Source of the DNA: Epiperipatus broadwayi
Lineage: Eukaryota > Animalia > Onychophora
Assembly: GCA_028023455.1 (NCBI GenBank)
Contig: JAQFVV010000003.1
Span: forward strand, 22,258,001-22,322,000
DNA length: 64,000 nt
Reading direction: 5' to 3'
Of the stretch, positions 14,461 through 28,500 are shown one piece after another. A program made the translations under genes and the position numbers. Every line of letters starts with the position of its first letter. The first letter of the stretch is position 1. The notes beneath the pieces are model-generated. The model made no database searches. It saw only the letters and a program-made list of their open reading frames with translations, and was not told the origin of the DNA.

Positions 14461-16109
14461 ATGCTAAAATGACAAGTGATGCATGAATATTTAATATTCC
14501 ACAAAACAAATATTTTTTTACTCTCTCTTAATTTACAGCAAACTGATTTAGAAATTTTAGTTAGCAAATAATGAATATCTGCATTACTGACTCTTTGTAA
14601 AATCTACAAAAACTCAAAATAGTATATTATAAGTTCTTAAAAAGAATAGTGTATTATTTTAAATTATGCAATACAGTTATGTGATGGAAAAAAAAAAAAA
14701 AACGAAGAAGAGAGTATAATGACAAGAAAGCATATTTATTACTTTGATGCATACAAGTACAACCTTCAAGTCTGATCAAATAAACATTAAAAAATATATA
14801 AAGATGATAATAAGAATAATCTGAAAAATAATTAACAGGAATGTATTTACTAGGACGAGAAGAAAATAAAGAAATATGTTTTAAAAAATACCCTTCAAAT
14901 CACAGTTACCAATTCAATATTTTGGACTAGTGAAAAGGCAGCTTTCTTCCACTCTATAATATTGAATTCTTTATGACAGCTGAGAAATGGATCAGTGCCT
15001 TATATAACAAGATCTCCAAATATGTTGCATTTTCATCTGATATGTATCAGTGGTGGGTTCTTCTATAATACTTGCAAAGCAGAGGAAGCAGTGCTTAAAA
15101 AAATAATTAAATTAAGCATTATTAATATAATGTTTTTAAAATTATAATTTGCAAATCTGTCTAATAAATTTTGATTTAGATAAGTAATAGTGTTTTGAAA
15201 ATTATAATTTGCTATTCTGAATAGTAAATATTCTTTTGCTGTTTCTTTATTTTTAGATTACACTATGTAATTTTTATCTATAAAAGCTTATCATCTAGAT
15301 TTATTAATACAAAATAAAACAATATTAAAAGCAAGCATTAATGAAGAGTTAATCACTGATACGCACAAAATACATATAAATTAAAATAAATACAGATTAA
15401 AAAGCATGGCGTCTAATCACATTTCTTTCTATGAGATTTGAGTGTTTTTTGAAATCTGCAAATGTTTTTTTTTTTCTTTTTGGATAAGTATTTAATTCAG
15501 TTTCTTACTACTTATAGAAGTAAACTTATTTCTTTACTCTCTCTTTTTATACATTTACATATATCACTGATCAATCCTTTTTTATATCTTGTATTTAGCA
15601 CTTAATAGTAAAATACTATTTAGTTAAATTTTGACTTGTAATATTTTTAAAACTATAAAATGATATCTCGAATAAAAGATATTGTCTTTATATTACATTT
15701 ATATTACAGAGTAATCCCATAATTTTAATATACATTATCACTTTATCAAAAGGTTAACTAAATAAAATAGATCATTTAACCAAATGCTTCTCAAAAATCA
15801 AAAGAAGATATCACTGATATGTGTATCCCAAACAATCAGAAAAATAATATATCCCAAAATTTCTGTGGAAACATATATATATTTTCTTTAATACTGATAG
15901 ATATATTAATTTTCCAAATCTCCAAAAAACATCACCAAATCATACTGAAGATATGTTACAGAGGGCGCTTATATTACCATTGCAACATATCTACAATGCT
16001 GAGCGTAGTGGCATAGAACTATATCAATGCCAGTTTGCATTGAAACAAGAAGATCTTTTGTTCAGCATGCATGAAGACATAAAAAAAAATTGCATCGTTG
16101 TTAAAAAGT

Positions 16110-16330
16110 TTAGGGCAACTGCCATTCCCAAGCATGGAGACTACTGTCATTGGCTGTCGAGAATAACGTGTTGGCTTGCCATGGATGCCACATGTGGGTC
16201 AGCACCTGCAAACTCTCAACGTCATCACAACAGGCTGCATGACCATCATGAATAAAAACTGGATAAATATTTCCATTATCTGTATCTGTCCATAAACTAG
16301 TATCATATACCTGAACACAAGCATCAAAAC
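16110..16330 (-). CDS. WDR73: WDR73 orthologue, last coding exon
   Basis: Acceptor ttttttcag. Encodes (G)FDACVQVYDTSLW...VFIHDGH...LTHMWHPWQANTLFSTANDSSLHAWEWQLP*, matching recalled human WDR73 GFDGTVQVYDATSW...LFTHRGH...[27 protein letters not shown]. Stop TAA at 16110-16112. Confidence 0.92.
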
Positions 16331-18612
16331 CTGAAAAAATAAGAAGAAAAATAAAAATCATTAACTCCAGTGAGTTTTCTTAAAATTAATTATTACTTAA
16401 GTAATTATTTACCTACATATATATTAAACACTTTTTCTAAAAGAGATTAGTTAAGCAGTACAAGTTTTTTGTTAGTAAAATACACATTCAATATTATTTA
16501 AAATTGTATTCTAAGATTTTATTTAAGAGATTTATATGTATTTCAGATACTTTATACTGAGAAAAAAATTTATTTTGATTGTTTATTGAAATACAATTGT
16601 TGTTTTGTTTAACCTGTAAAAATTTTGATCAAAGAAAGAACATTTGATGTTTTCCATCTTTTGCTTCTTCACTTTTTACAATTTGCTAATAACCCATTAT
16701 CCTGATCAACAAATTCCCTGTATTTTTAAAACTAAAAACAAACTGCTTCAGAAATATAAAAGTGTAAGGCAAATAACTAATTCATATATTTTTGTCTTTG
16801 AAGCTTGAGAAAAATGAGAGGCATAATTTTAAATATGAGCTTGAGATGCTAAAATTCTAAATGCTATTCAGATAAAAGCTGCCTTTAAGTAGCCATGCAA
16901 AGGCTTCTCCATAAAGAAGAAAACATTGTTTATTAAGCTCATTAAATTGCTCAGAGTTTAAACAGCTTCCCATCATTTATTACCATTTAGCAATATTTGT
17001 TTATCAACAAACCTATTCACAAAATAACAACATTTGAAAACAATACTATTGATAGTTCACAAATCAGATCCCTAAAGATTCATTTAGACGAACTTAAATG
17101 GATTAACATTGTTATAAAAAAAGGGTGGACATTATTTCCAAGTTCTTTAAATATTTCAGTGGAGATTTGGCTTGTGAATTATCATAGCAATATTTCAGAT
17201 TTACTTCTTCTGTAGATAGCTTTATATTAGTTGATAAGCTATAAAATTATTTAAGACTTGTTAAATTTATAGAATTTATTTATCATTCAACATTAAGTAG
17301 TTAGCTAATTTTGATTATGGACCAGCTACCTGAAAAAAAAAAATGGGAATGATTTTAAAATTATACATGGCTGGAATAGCACAAACTAGTGTTGCCATTT
17401 CCCATAAGGCTCTTAAAACTCTAATTGAACTCACATACGGTATTACAAATAATACTACAAAATGAATTACGATTACTAAATTATTCGTAGAAAAGATTTT
17501 AGAGACGCATAAAATGAAGTTCCAATAACACAAAGTTATTTTAATAAATTTGTGGCAAAATTTAGTGTCAACAGGATCTAATCAGGCTTGGATTTGTCTA
17601 ACTACTTCCATTAAATATCGCACTTGATAACTTCTTTTAAAACCAAATAATTTACTGTCATAATAATATTTAATTTTTAAAATTCACACCAGGGGAAAAA
17701 AATCGATTTTTTTTTTAAGGTCATACTGAAATAAATGGAGAGGGTAAAATATTAATATAAATAAAGTTATAACAAAATAATCTTCATTATTACGGTAGGA
17801 GGAAGCAAAATATTTTTTTTTTTTTAAAAAAAAAAAATCTCAAATCAAAATACCAATCGTTTCTTATTCCCTGCTGATCATTTGGATTTAATTCGAATGT
17901 AAGAATGCAAATTTATTATCTAAATTTTAACTTTTCAAAATTTGTCATTTTCCGATAAAGAAAATAAAATAATAAAAATCAATATTATTAACTGCAGTAA
18001 TGAGTCATACTGAAAGTTAGAGCTGAATTATCGGACAGGTAACTGTTGGATTTTTTTATTTTAAAATTGGATGCAATTAAATACCCGTATTAACTATAAA
18101 TAGCACCATATCTCCTAATTATTCTGTATAAGTTTATTTCAATTTTACTTTCAACTAAAATCTGCTTTACAGAAAATACGATTCTAACTTATCTAATGAA
18201 GAGGGTTTCCAGAAATCACTCCTACGTACCTTCTATTATCATAGTTTGCAATTCAGAAATTGGCTATTATATAATTTTTCCCCCCACAATAATCTCAAAA
18301 GAGAGTGCATTCAGTGCTCTGATTCATATATATATTTCAGCTTTTTGAGTAAATAATTACGTGCATTCATGATCATTATGAACTCTGTGATTTCAAATTT
18401 TTATAACTTCCAGTCTACACAAGATAAAAACAATCTATAATATATGCAAAGGCAAAGTAAAATTCTGAAATTTTGCAAATACTACGTAACAAATATCATT
18501 AAATAATCTTTATTATAATCCAAAATTGATGATGTTTATATAACAAGGATTTGAATAAGTTCCTATTTTATCAATATATATATATTGAAAACAACAACAA
18601 CACTAATAAATA

Positions 18613-19662
18613 TTAGAGGGGATATGAATCCAAAATTTCAAGCTCTCTTCAGTCATCCATTCTATTTTATACAACTGATATACATGAACATATAATTGTG
18701 AAAAAGATAAATAATCTCCAATATATGTCTTTCATGCTGAAACAGTTGGTCCAAATCATCTTTTTTTACACATACATAGCAAATCTTCAAACTCTAATGG
18801 ACAGTCTTCAATCCTCTCCAGTCTCCAACTACTAAGCCACCTTATCATTGAAATCTGATGATGACATGTTCAAAGTCCTTCTTTTGCCATTGTTACCATC
18901 ATATCCATGCTAATTGTAAGTCAATCAAGGACTTTGAACATGCCATCATCAGATTTTCTATGATAAGAATAGCTGAGGAATTGGAAGAGTAGAGAGGATT
19001 GAAGCTTGTCCATTAGGGTTTAAAGATTTGCTATCTTGGTATAGACCAAGCACTGATTATATATGTGTGTGGGAGATAATGATTTGGACCAAGTGAGTGC
19101 TGGTTCAGCATGAAATATGTATATTGGAAATCAATTACCTTTTTCACATATATGTGTGGACATGTGTATAGGTTATATAAAATAGAATGGATGACTGAAG
19201 GGAGTTTGAAAATCTGGGTTCAAATCCCCTCTAATTACATCTAGCTTAAGTATATATACTTATAGTTGTATTTACAAATTCAGCCTACATACTGCACATC
19301 CCTCTTCTGTATATTTAAAATGGTCTTAGAATTCTATATATGAGGGATCAGATTTACTTATGGTTAGCCTTGTATGACGGCAAAGTTGGCAAAATAAGCC
19401 ACTTTGAACATGCCATCATCAGATTTTTGATGATAGGAATGGCTGAGAAGTTGGAGAGGATTGAAGCCTGTCCATTGGTATGATCCTGACCAACTGATGA
19501 GTGCTGGTTCACCACAAAATATATATATTGGAGTTCATTTATCTTTTTCACGTGCATATGATCATGTGAATTGGTTGTATAAAATAGAAAAGATAACTGA
19601 AGGGAGCTTGAAAGCCTGGGCTCAAATCCATTCTAATTATATCTAGCTTAAGTATATATACT
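18613..19662. mobile_element. Cluster of three copies of a hammerhead-bearing element: one minus (18613-18930) and two plus (18927-19260, about 19350-19662)
   Basis: Shared blocks actttgaacatgccatcatcagattt, gaggattgaagc(t/c)tgtccatt, the HHR core and ctggg(t/c)tcaaatcc. Copies 1 and 2 form a long inverted repeat. Confidence 0.85.
19488..19531 (+). ncRNA. Minimal type I hammerhead ribozyme motif, partly decayed
   Basis: GACCAA CTGATGA GTGCTG GTT CACCAC AAAA TATATAT A TTGG. Stem I CCAA/TTGG, intact CUGAUGA, stem II with one mismatch, GAAA changed to AAAA, palindromic stem III. Confidence 0.75.
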
Positions 19663-22218
19663 ATATTTGTACTTAAAATATTATTAATAAATATTATAAT
19701 TATAACAAATCTGAGGGCAGTTTGAATGTGGTTATATTATAAAGCTGCATAAAAAAAATTGTTTAATAAATACTCTTAGTCAAAACTGAATAAATATTTA
19801 AACTGCTATGTGTGTGCATGTATATACATGTCACTTGAGTAAACTAACTAAAAAATTAAAAGTTAGTTTATGCATTTGGTCATATTATTAAATATTTATT
19901 TTATAATAAGTGAGAAACAGTGAAATGATAAATTATGTTGTAAAGGAAGAAAGAAAAATGCTTTTGATAAAAGTATTTTGAATTGCATAGTTTATAAAAA
20001 TCCAAAATGTTTTTGAACTCTCTTTTTAGTTTGCCTGTTTTGAATTTAAAAATTTCTTACATTCTTATAGTAAATTGGATGACAAAACTAAATTCAATAT
20101 TAAAATTTTGGAATTAATATTTAAGAAGTTACCAATCAAGTTTGAAATGTTGGCAGCAATTTTTTCTTTCTTCCTATGCTAACTAATGTAATTATAAAGA
20201 AAGAGAGAGAATAAAAGACTACTTTTTTTTTTTTCATGTATCAAATCATGATATAATATCTTTAAATTTGTTTCCACAATAAGGAGGCAGAATTCAGATC
20301 TTGACTAGCTGATGACATATATATGTTGTTTGGGAAACATATTGAACAACATTAAAGAAGTATAAATAGGTTTGAAACAAGCAACTAAGGCTTTTCAATA
20401 GAGTCCAGCATCCAGTCCAGGCAATTCAGTCTACTTTATTTTAAGACTCAACTTAAAAAGCAATGTTATAGTTATCCAATAGTGAGGAGAAAAAAATGCT
20501 GATTAAAATTGTTTTCCACTTAAACTGGATAGCCATAACTTGCTGACTGTTTTACAGTAATTTCAATACATTTATAACAGTAAGTATTATGATTTTATTT
20601 AACAGAAATATATGGGATTAGATAACAAAAACCACACTAGCCAAAACACTTGGAAAATGCAGTCACCCAGCCAGTGCATGTCTTAATAATACTATGAAGG
20701 AAGAAAGCAGCAGTGGCATAAGAACTATCCTAGATCTACTGACTCTATACCCTATCTGATATCACTAATCCTAATGTATTTCCTCTCTAACATCACCAGT
20801 GACAAAGGAAAATAACTACCATCTTTGGCAGAATTAATGAAGACAACCATAAATATATTAAAAGAATATATGGGAAAAAACTATGGTTTGAAACTGTTTA
20901 AATATTTCACATGGTAAAATCTTATCATTGTAGATATTATAAGACCTTAAACTTAAATTAAAAATATCTCTTATTACCATTATATTCATATTTTATATAT
21001 GCATTAATAGTTGCAAGTATATATGCAACAGTTTTATTTATGTATTGTTAATAGATTATTTTTTTATTAATCCATTTAGTTTGTGTTTACTTCTCAAAAC
21101 TTATTGCAAACATAATGCTTTTAACATCCAATATACTTATAATATCCACAACTCTGAGAAATCATGCAATCCATGGGAGGACATGCAGAGATGGCTGTAG
21201 TAATTTGTAAATAATGATGATCGTGTGTTAATAAGTTTTCTAAAAGTAAACTTTCTCTTTAGAAAATTTTGTGCCTTAAACTTGGGAGAACTGAATCATT
21301 TTATTCAAATTGTATTACCCACATTCAACTTACAACATATTTAATATTTATTTGAATCAAGATTTCTGGTGCATATTTATATCTTTGGTTCATAGTTATG
21401 AATTTAATCCACATTTTCATATAAAGTCCACATTTTTTAAGGGCAGTTATCTTCATTTTACTTTAAAATCAGGACATGTGATGTTGATAAACATTCTTTA
21501 CATATTCAGTATAGACATGCAATGTTTTTTCAGCTGCATGAAAAAGAAAGATCTTAATTCAGGCTGTATTTTAGGTGATAAAATATATCTACAGTTGGTG
21601 ATAAACCTGATCTACTTAATACTTTTTCCTACACTTTCTGTGAAACAGCTTATCTTATAATATTCATTGGAAATAGATGTTAGAATAGCATGTTACAGCA
21701 AAGAAATGGATTTGAATATGTCAGTAATGTTCTTTGTGATATTTAATTGGATATTCTGCAGTAAGTGTTGACAGAGTACTTTCATCTTCCTTCAAGAGAT
21801 TGTTTTCAGGAACTAAATTAAATCTAACCGTTGACAGATGAGAAAAATAGATTACACTATGAGTTAAAGTTATTCCTAAATAGCATCAGATAGGATTACT
21901 TTTCAGTCTTTTGTTGCAAACTTGCATTCACTTTATAAGATGTTGCACTGTAGTTTAGTATTTCTATAAGAACAAGATGTTACCAGCATAGATAAATATC
22001 ATGCACTCTATTTTTATAAAAACATTGATGAATATATTAAATAAACTAAGTGAGAGAACTAAAACTTGTGATAGGCCAGTCTAAAATATTTTATATTTGT
22101 TATGATTATCATTTAAATCATTCAAATTTCTTTGTTGCAGAGCATTTGTCAAGTAATGTAATAGTTTTTTCTATATTTAGGAATCTTTTAGAAGGCTTAT
22201 TTACCAAACAGTCATAAG

Positions 22219-22331
22219 TTTTTTTTTCCATATGTCATAGCATCGGCCAGGAGGCAAACCCGCAACAACCATCTGCAACCAACTGCTTGCTTGCAAGGTA
22301 GCTGCGCTGACCTCTCAGCAATAACGCTTGT
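22219..22331 (-). mobile_element. tRNA-Gly-derived SINE-like copy
   Basis: Similar to 30974-31045 and 52832-52938. Minus-strand 3' end ...GATGCTATGACATATGG followed by an A-run. Confidence 0.6.
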
Positions 22332-23510
22332 AAGTTGAAATCAATAAATATAGTATCAATCTTTATTTTAAGAACATTTTTCAAAGAAACTGAAAATGTT
22401 GTTTTAATAGTAAACAGTTTCTAACTATTTAGAAATAACTTTTTTAAAGATAATTTTTTCAAAAATTTGCTAATAAGAAAAAACTCATAATAATAGTAAT
22501 AGAAAATAATTTGTGGAATCGTTTTTAGATTTAGTAGATTTTAACACTGCTATAGTTTTACTGTCATAACAAATTGTTGGATAGATTCTGTCCGAATAAA
22601 ATTGATAATTTTTTTTAACTATAAATTTATTAAAAACTCTCAAAATATGTATTTTCTGGGCTTTTTTCTGGTTTAAAATATACAAAGGCAAATTCTTGTT
22701 CACTAATATCTAATGATTATGAAACATTGTACAAGAGATAGAAAATAACTTTAATAATACAAATTAATTTACTCATTTTAGAAAAATATATATATCATTA
22801 ATCTTCTTTGTCTGCATGTTGAATAATTTTTACAAAAAAAACAACAACAAACCAAACAGCTTATCTTAATACACATTGTTTCGAGTAACTAGCAGTTTTC
22901 TTCAGATAACTTATTTTTTCTTGAAGATGAAGCATGAATGAAATAAAATATTGTGGAAAGTTAATTAAATAGTTTTTCTTTTTTGTGTGTAGATTTCATA
23001 GAAGTAATGCAATAAGATTAGACAAAATTAAATCAGTTTAACATTTCCATAAAGAATGGCTTAATCTACAAATTTTGATTATTCCATCATATAATACAAG
23101 TAGTTTTGGTTTACGTATAGTTTCCATTTTTTCTCAAATAATTAAATCACTTTGTTTAAATATTAATATGCTTGTATATTAGTTTACTCATTAAGATGAT
23201 CAAATAAAAACAAAATTTTTTTTAAAGATAAATAAAGCATAAAACAAGAAAAACTGGTCCATAGATAAATTAAGCATAAAACGTGAAAATATCCAAGATA
23301 TATACCCATGAGCATATCAGACAAATGAATTATCTTGTCACATAATGCATTTAAGGATTTATAAATGAATAAAAGAAAAATTTTAATACAAATATTTAGA
23401 ATGACTGAAACGATTTTATAGTTATAATAATAAAAAACAAATCTTCATCAGGAAAAAAAATTATAATTAAATCTATTTATTTTATCCAAATGTCTTTCAA
23501 TACTTTAATT

Positions 23511-23646
23511 CAGTGGTTCTCAACCTTCCTAATGACTTGACCTTTTAATATAGTTCCTTATATCGTAGTGATCCCCAATCTGTAATTATGCTACTGTTAT
23601 GAATCGAAAATATGTTTTCTAATGGTTAGGCGACCTCTGTGAAAGG
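23511..23646. mobile_element. Truncated hAT MITE resembling SPIN/URR1
   Basis: CAGTGGTTCTCAACCTTCCTAATG...TAATATAGTTCCT...GCTACTGTTATGAATCG...TTAGGCGACCTCTGTGAAAGG follows the recalled URR1/SPIN non-autonomous consensus, with an internal deletion and the second TIR missing. Confidence 0.75.
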
Positions 23647-25189
23647 CAGATAAATATTTTAAATTACAATCTTACTTTCTCATTTACTTAAATGATTACT
23701 AAATAATGGATATCAGTCAAGTTTAATCAAAAAAAAAAAGCTTGTTTCTTTTTAAAATTATTCAGAATTCATTATTCGTGAAATTCATTATTTTTTTATT
23801 ATTAGACTTGGATAAATAATCTTATATAAATTTATTATTAGTAGAAATAAAGGCGTCTTTTAGAATTAGAATCAGCAGTTTTCTAGATCAGAATCAAATG
23901 CTCTGAACTGTAATAGAATAGCACTCAATGTCCACAGATCTGTCACTTCTGGTAGTCAAACTTCCTGTAAATTTTCATGCAAACTTCTGCAAACAAATCA
24001 TTCTATTATATGTAGCAACTAAATGTATTGAAATTTAATATATATAAAGAGAAGCATTAAGACTTCCATTGTTGTCTTATTTTTATATTATAAAATAATA
24101 TTTCATAGATTTTAAATTTAAAATTATTTATTAATTATGTAAAATAAATGAGTTAAAAGTCCAAGAGAATTTTTTTAATTAAGCAATGAATTTCTTTGAA
24201 AACAATTTTTAAAATATTGAATAAATTCTGAAGTGTTGGATGAAAGGACATTTTAAAAATTTGAACTTCTACAATTTCAGTCAATTCAATCTAGAATAGA
24301 AAGCAGGTAAATTTGAATTCCCAGGCAAAAGATTGGAGTTCAAATCACAAGGAAGCTGAAAAAAATTTTTTTTGAAATTTTTATATGAGATTATCAAGTC
24401 TGAGGAGTTAGAAATAATATTAAATCAGGATTTTTTAAAAAGTTGGTTCAGTTTTAATTTTATGTGGAAAATAGCACAATTCCTAAAAGTGAATGCCATT
24501 TATAAAAATATGACATCTTCCTATTAGTGGTGATGACAGCATCAGACAACATAGCGCACTGGATACTGATCAATACAGATTCATATAAAAAAATATTATA
24601 ATCTCTAATAAAATAATTCTTTTATCCTGATGATTCTTGAAAATTAGTATAGATTGGGTGGCGGAGTTTTATGTTGTATTTAAAAGCAAAAACAAGATTT
24701 TCTTGTCTTCTAGATCTACAAGTATGATTTAAAGAATTTCATAATATAACCTAAAAAATTTAGTATTTTATCATCTAGACTCTAGAGAATGCAGATTAGT
24801 TTAAAGATGTAGGCAGATATTTAATCATTCATAGTAAGGTTCAACACAGATTCTAATGTACTGCTATTAAAATATATTAATTTGATCCTAGTAATATACA
24901 TAATCCACTTTAAATAAATTTATAGTATCTATTATGCAAAATTTATTGCATGAAGAGCAAAAAAAAAACTTCCATTTAAAGTTGCTCTATCACATTCTGA
25001 TAAGTCATAAGACCAATTGATATGTTTTTCAACATACTGGACTGATGATATTAAATCTATTATTGTATAAAGACACATCTTCATTAAAACAGAAATATTT
25101 AAAAGTAGATATATATGTGTGTGTAAGATAGTTTGGGTATAAAATCATTTTTTTAGAATAAAAATTAAATTGTAAAAAATTTGACTTAC

Positions 25190-25226
25190 CAGATACTGAT
25201 AAATATTGGCCACCATTAGGGGACAG
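25190..25226 (-). CDS. WDR73: WDR73 orthologue, 37-nt coding microexon
   Basis: ttttctattgttag|CTGTCCCCTAATGGTGGCCAATATTTATCAGTATCTG|gtaagt encodes LSPNGGQYLSVS(G), similar to human WAPGLKNCLAISG. Phases 0 and 1 fit both flanking exons. Confidence 0.9.
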
Positions 25227-25294
25227 CTAACAATAGAAAAAAAAAACTTAGAAAAACAAACAAACATATATGCCATTTTAAACAGAAATTAAAG

Positions 25295-25522
25295 TATAAT
25301 TAATATAATAATCTAAATAAGACTGAAACAAACAACTAATTGTAATTATCAAATCGGCTTTCATCTCTTACTGAGACTTTTTTTGAGATATAAAGTTTTA
25401 TATCTTGAAAAGGTATATCTTAAAAAGGTCTCAATAAGAGATGAAAGCTGATTTGATAATTAAATAATTATAATTAGTTGTTGGTTTCAGTCTTATTTAG
25501 ATTGATTATTATACTAATTATA
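25295..25522. repeat. Foldback inverted repeat (arms about 105 bp)
   Basis: aatctaaataagactgaaac...aatcggctttcatctcttactgagac pairs with gtctcaataagagatgaaagctgatt...gtttcagtcttatttagatt. Confidence 0.9.
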
Positions 25523-28500
25523 TGTGTATAACAACATTGTAGATAAATAATTTTTTTATATTGGATATTTGACCATTATGTGTATAAAGATTATAATATT
25601 TACTATTTTAATCCTCTTTGTGTGTATAATAAAATATTGTTTTCTTTTTTACACCTTCATAAAATTTATTTATAGAATGGCCAATAGTCTTCTTCAAAGC
25701 TAAATCACCTTTTTCATTTAAAAAAAAACTAAAAGTTAATATTCCTTTATTTTAACAATTCTTTTTAAATAAAATAAAATAAAATTCTGAAGACTTCAAA
25801 TGAAGCACAAATATTAGTCAAAAATTATCAAAAAAATATACCCTCTCTGCCTTCATGTCTTTTCCTTATACTAAAGCTAATTATTGTTATTAATGAAAGA
25901 TTAATTTTAGAAAGAACTTGTTTATTCAACATAAATATAGTGTAAGATCGGTTGGATTTCTTGATTCACTATTAACAATAATAATGAAGCTTTTCATTGT
26001 AGCTATACCTTTATTAGTTCCATTTAACCCTCTTCTGGCTATTTTATTCCTAAATTTTATTTGATACAATTATCAAATAGAGTTCTTAATTTTGGTTATA
26101 AGCTGTTTTCAAACCAAATTGAAATTTCCCTTTCTTCAATTCTCAGATTAGGAATGCATTGTGGTTGATAATAAATATTTTAACAAATTTATAATAATTC
26201 TTAAGTATAATTTAAATTTAATATTGGATTTTCCCCTTTTTTGACTCGTGATGTGAAAGTGTTATCGTTCTTTATGCACTGTGTGTGTGTGTTGGTGGTG
26301 GTGGGGGGGTAATTTGATAGAATGTGGCTAAATGGTAAATGTCTAACTTAGTCAAGTTAATTTAATTTTGTATGGAAAGACTGCTGTCTTCACTATATAT
26401 AACTATTGCCTTAGTTAAACTATTATTATTTTTAATTTTATTACTACAAAGAAATTTGTCACCATGTGCACCATGGCCTTAGAGACAACTTTTGTATAAT
26501 GATTCATATAACATAATAAATAAATATTGTGGCAATATATGAAATGTTAGGTGACTATTCATAATATGCACCACAGTGTATATATATTTTTATCACAAAA
26601 ATTATAAAACCATTACATAAATACTTTCAGTTAACAATAATTATAATTTAACAAATTAAAGATACTTCTGTATTAGTTCTACATTATTACTCTTTGTTTT
26701 TTTACAATTATTATGATTTAAAATTATAATATATTGAGACAGTTGTATCTTATGACATACAACCACACAGTAGTGTGTGTGCATATATATATAAAATTGA
26801 AAGGAAAAGTAGAAATAAACACAAACAATTTTTTTTTGTAAATAACAATTAAGGATTAAATAATTTTGAATTTAAATTTTTTTATTATAAATTAAACATT
26901 TAAATAGGTCTAATAAATATTTTATTCTGATTTTGAAATTAAAACAAGCATGTTTTATGTAACAAGAGTTATACTGCTAATTATAAAATTCCACTATCTA
27001 TTTTGATTAGATTAAATTTTTTAAATTAATGCTTGTATAATATATTTTGATAAAATTCCACAAAGTTGTTTTTCAAAGGATTAAGTTAAATTGAAAATAA
27101 TTATTAACTTTTTTCAATCAAGATGGAGAAAACTTATTTTTAATTACTGTGTTTTTAAATTCCAGCCTGACTATAAAAAGATTGAAAAAAAAAAAGTTTT
27201 TTTTTTAGAGTTTTAGAGAGTTATCATGAAGTTATAATAGAAGGCAAGAGAGAATGCAAGTTCAGCTGCTGCTACTACTAGTTCATAATGGTAGAGTTTG
27301 GATTCACATGAAAGTGAGGCCTAGCTTTTGTGTGTTCTCCATAGTCCATATTGTGTACTAACCAGTATGCCTGAAGTCTATCAAATTCTAGACTAAATGG
27401 AGATTCTTCTAAATATAGCTCTCACCCCTGCTATATTAAAGCAAATATTAAGATAAAATGTTACATTGCTGAACAAAACTGCTATTTGGGTTGTGAAACC
27501 CTATATAAATATAATTCTACAAAAAAAGTGAATATACTATTAGAATATCAGTCAATAGTCCTATGTGTGAGAAAATACTTATTATCTGTTTTGTGCCATA
27601 GGACATAAATCCTGACCTGAGGTTTAGAAATTGAAAAAAGAGTTGACAGACAATCATAAATGAATTTCTAATGAATTATATATGAGAAATAGGAGTACTC
27701 CTATCTGGAAATATTATCCTTGTAATTGTAAATTAAGTAAGGGACAACTTAATATCAAATGATTTATTATAGATTTGCCAAAATAATTGAAAAATAAAGC
27801 AGTAAAACTGTTTATGACTTATAAAACAATATGAATTTTGGAAATATAATTTCTTTCATTAAGCAAAATGTTTTGATAATGAATACTTTGACTTTTTTTT
27901 CTTCTTTCTAGCTAATAATATATCTAACAACAATAACATACTTATTATAATGGTCAATAGACTAATGATGATAGAAATATGCTTTGAAGTACAATCATCT
28001 CAATGTCCATACCATGAAATAAACATAATAACAAAAATATGCCTATTCTAGCCCTCAAGTTACATCATTTCACCTTCTATCAATCCCAATCACTGAAATC
28101 ATCCATATGCAAAGCAGGCTTTGGTTCATACTAATCATTATAATTTGTTTGTCACTTGATAAGGATAATCAGGAAAGATTCCAGGGATATATCCTATCTA
28201 TGCAACTAAGATTATTTATCAAAATTTACCTCATAATCACCTTAAGTTTATACTAAACCATTCACAGCTTTTAAAAATTAACTCAGACAAATACATCACC
28301 TTCAATTTATTATACCTGGCTAAGTCAAGGATCGTATAAGTCATTCTTGAATGAAAATTATCATGGAATTAACAATCTTTAAAAAATAACCATAAAACAA
28401 ACATTTATTGAATATATTAATAACAAAATAATCTTTATTGGGATAGTCCCTTATACTTCAAATCATTTTCATAATCATATAATTCTACATCACATTGTTT

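Noticed and set aside
15300-15305. AATAAA polyadenylation signal for WDR73 (minus strand)
   Set aside because: Such hexamers are frequent in DNA this AT-rich; cannot be assigned without 3'-end data.
20308-20345. CTGATGA...GAAAC motif
   Set aside because: No consistent stem I or stem II pairing.
25370-25420. Hammerhead-like TGA-stem-TGAAA at the centre of the 25.3-kb foldback
   Set aside because: The stem is simply the palindrome's axis; no CUGANGA core.
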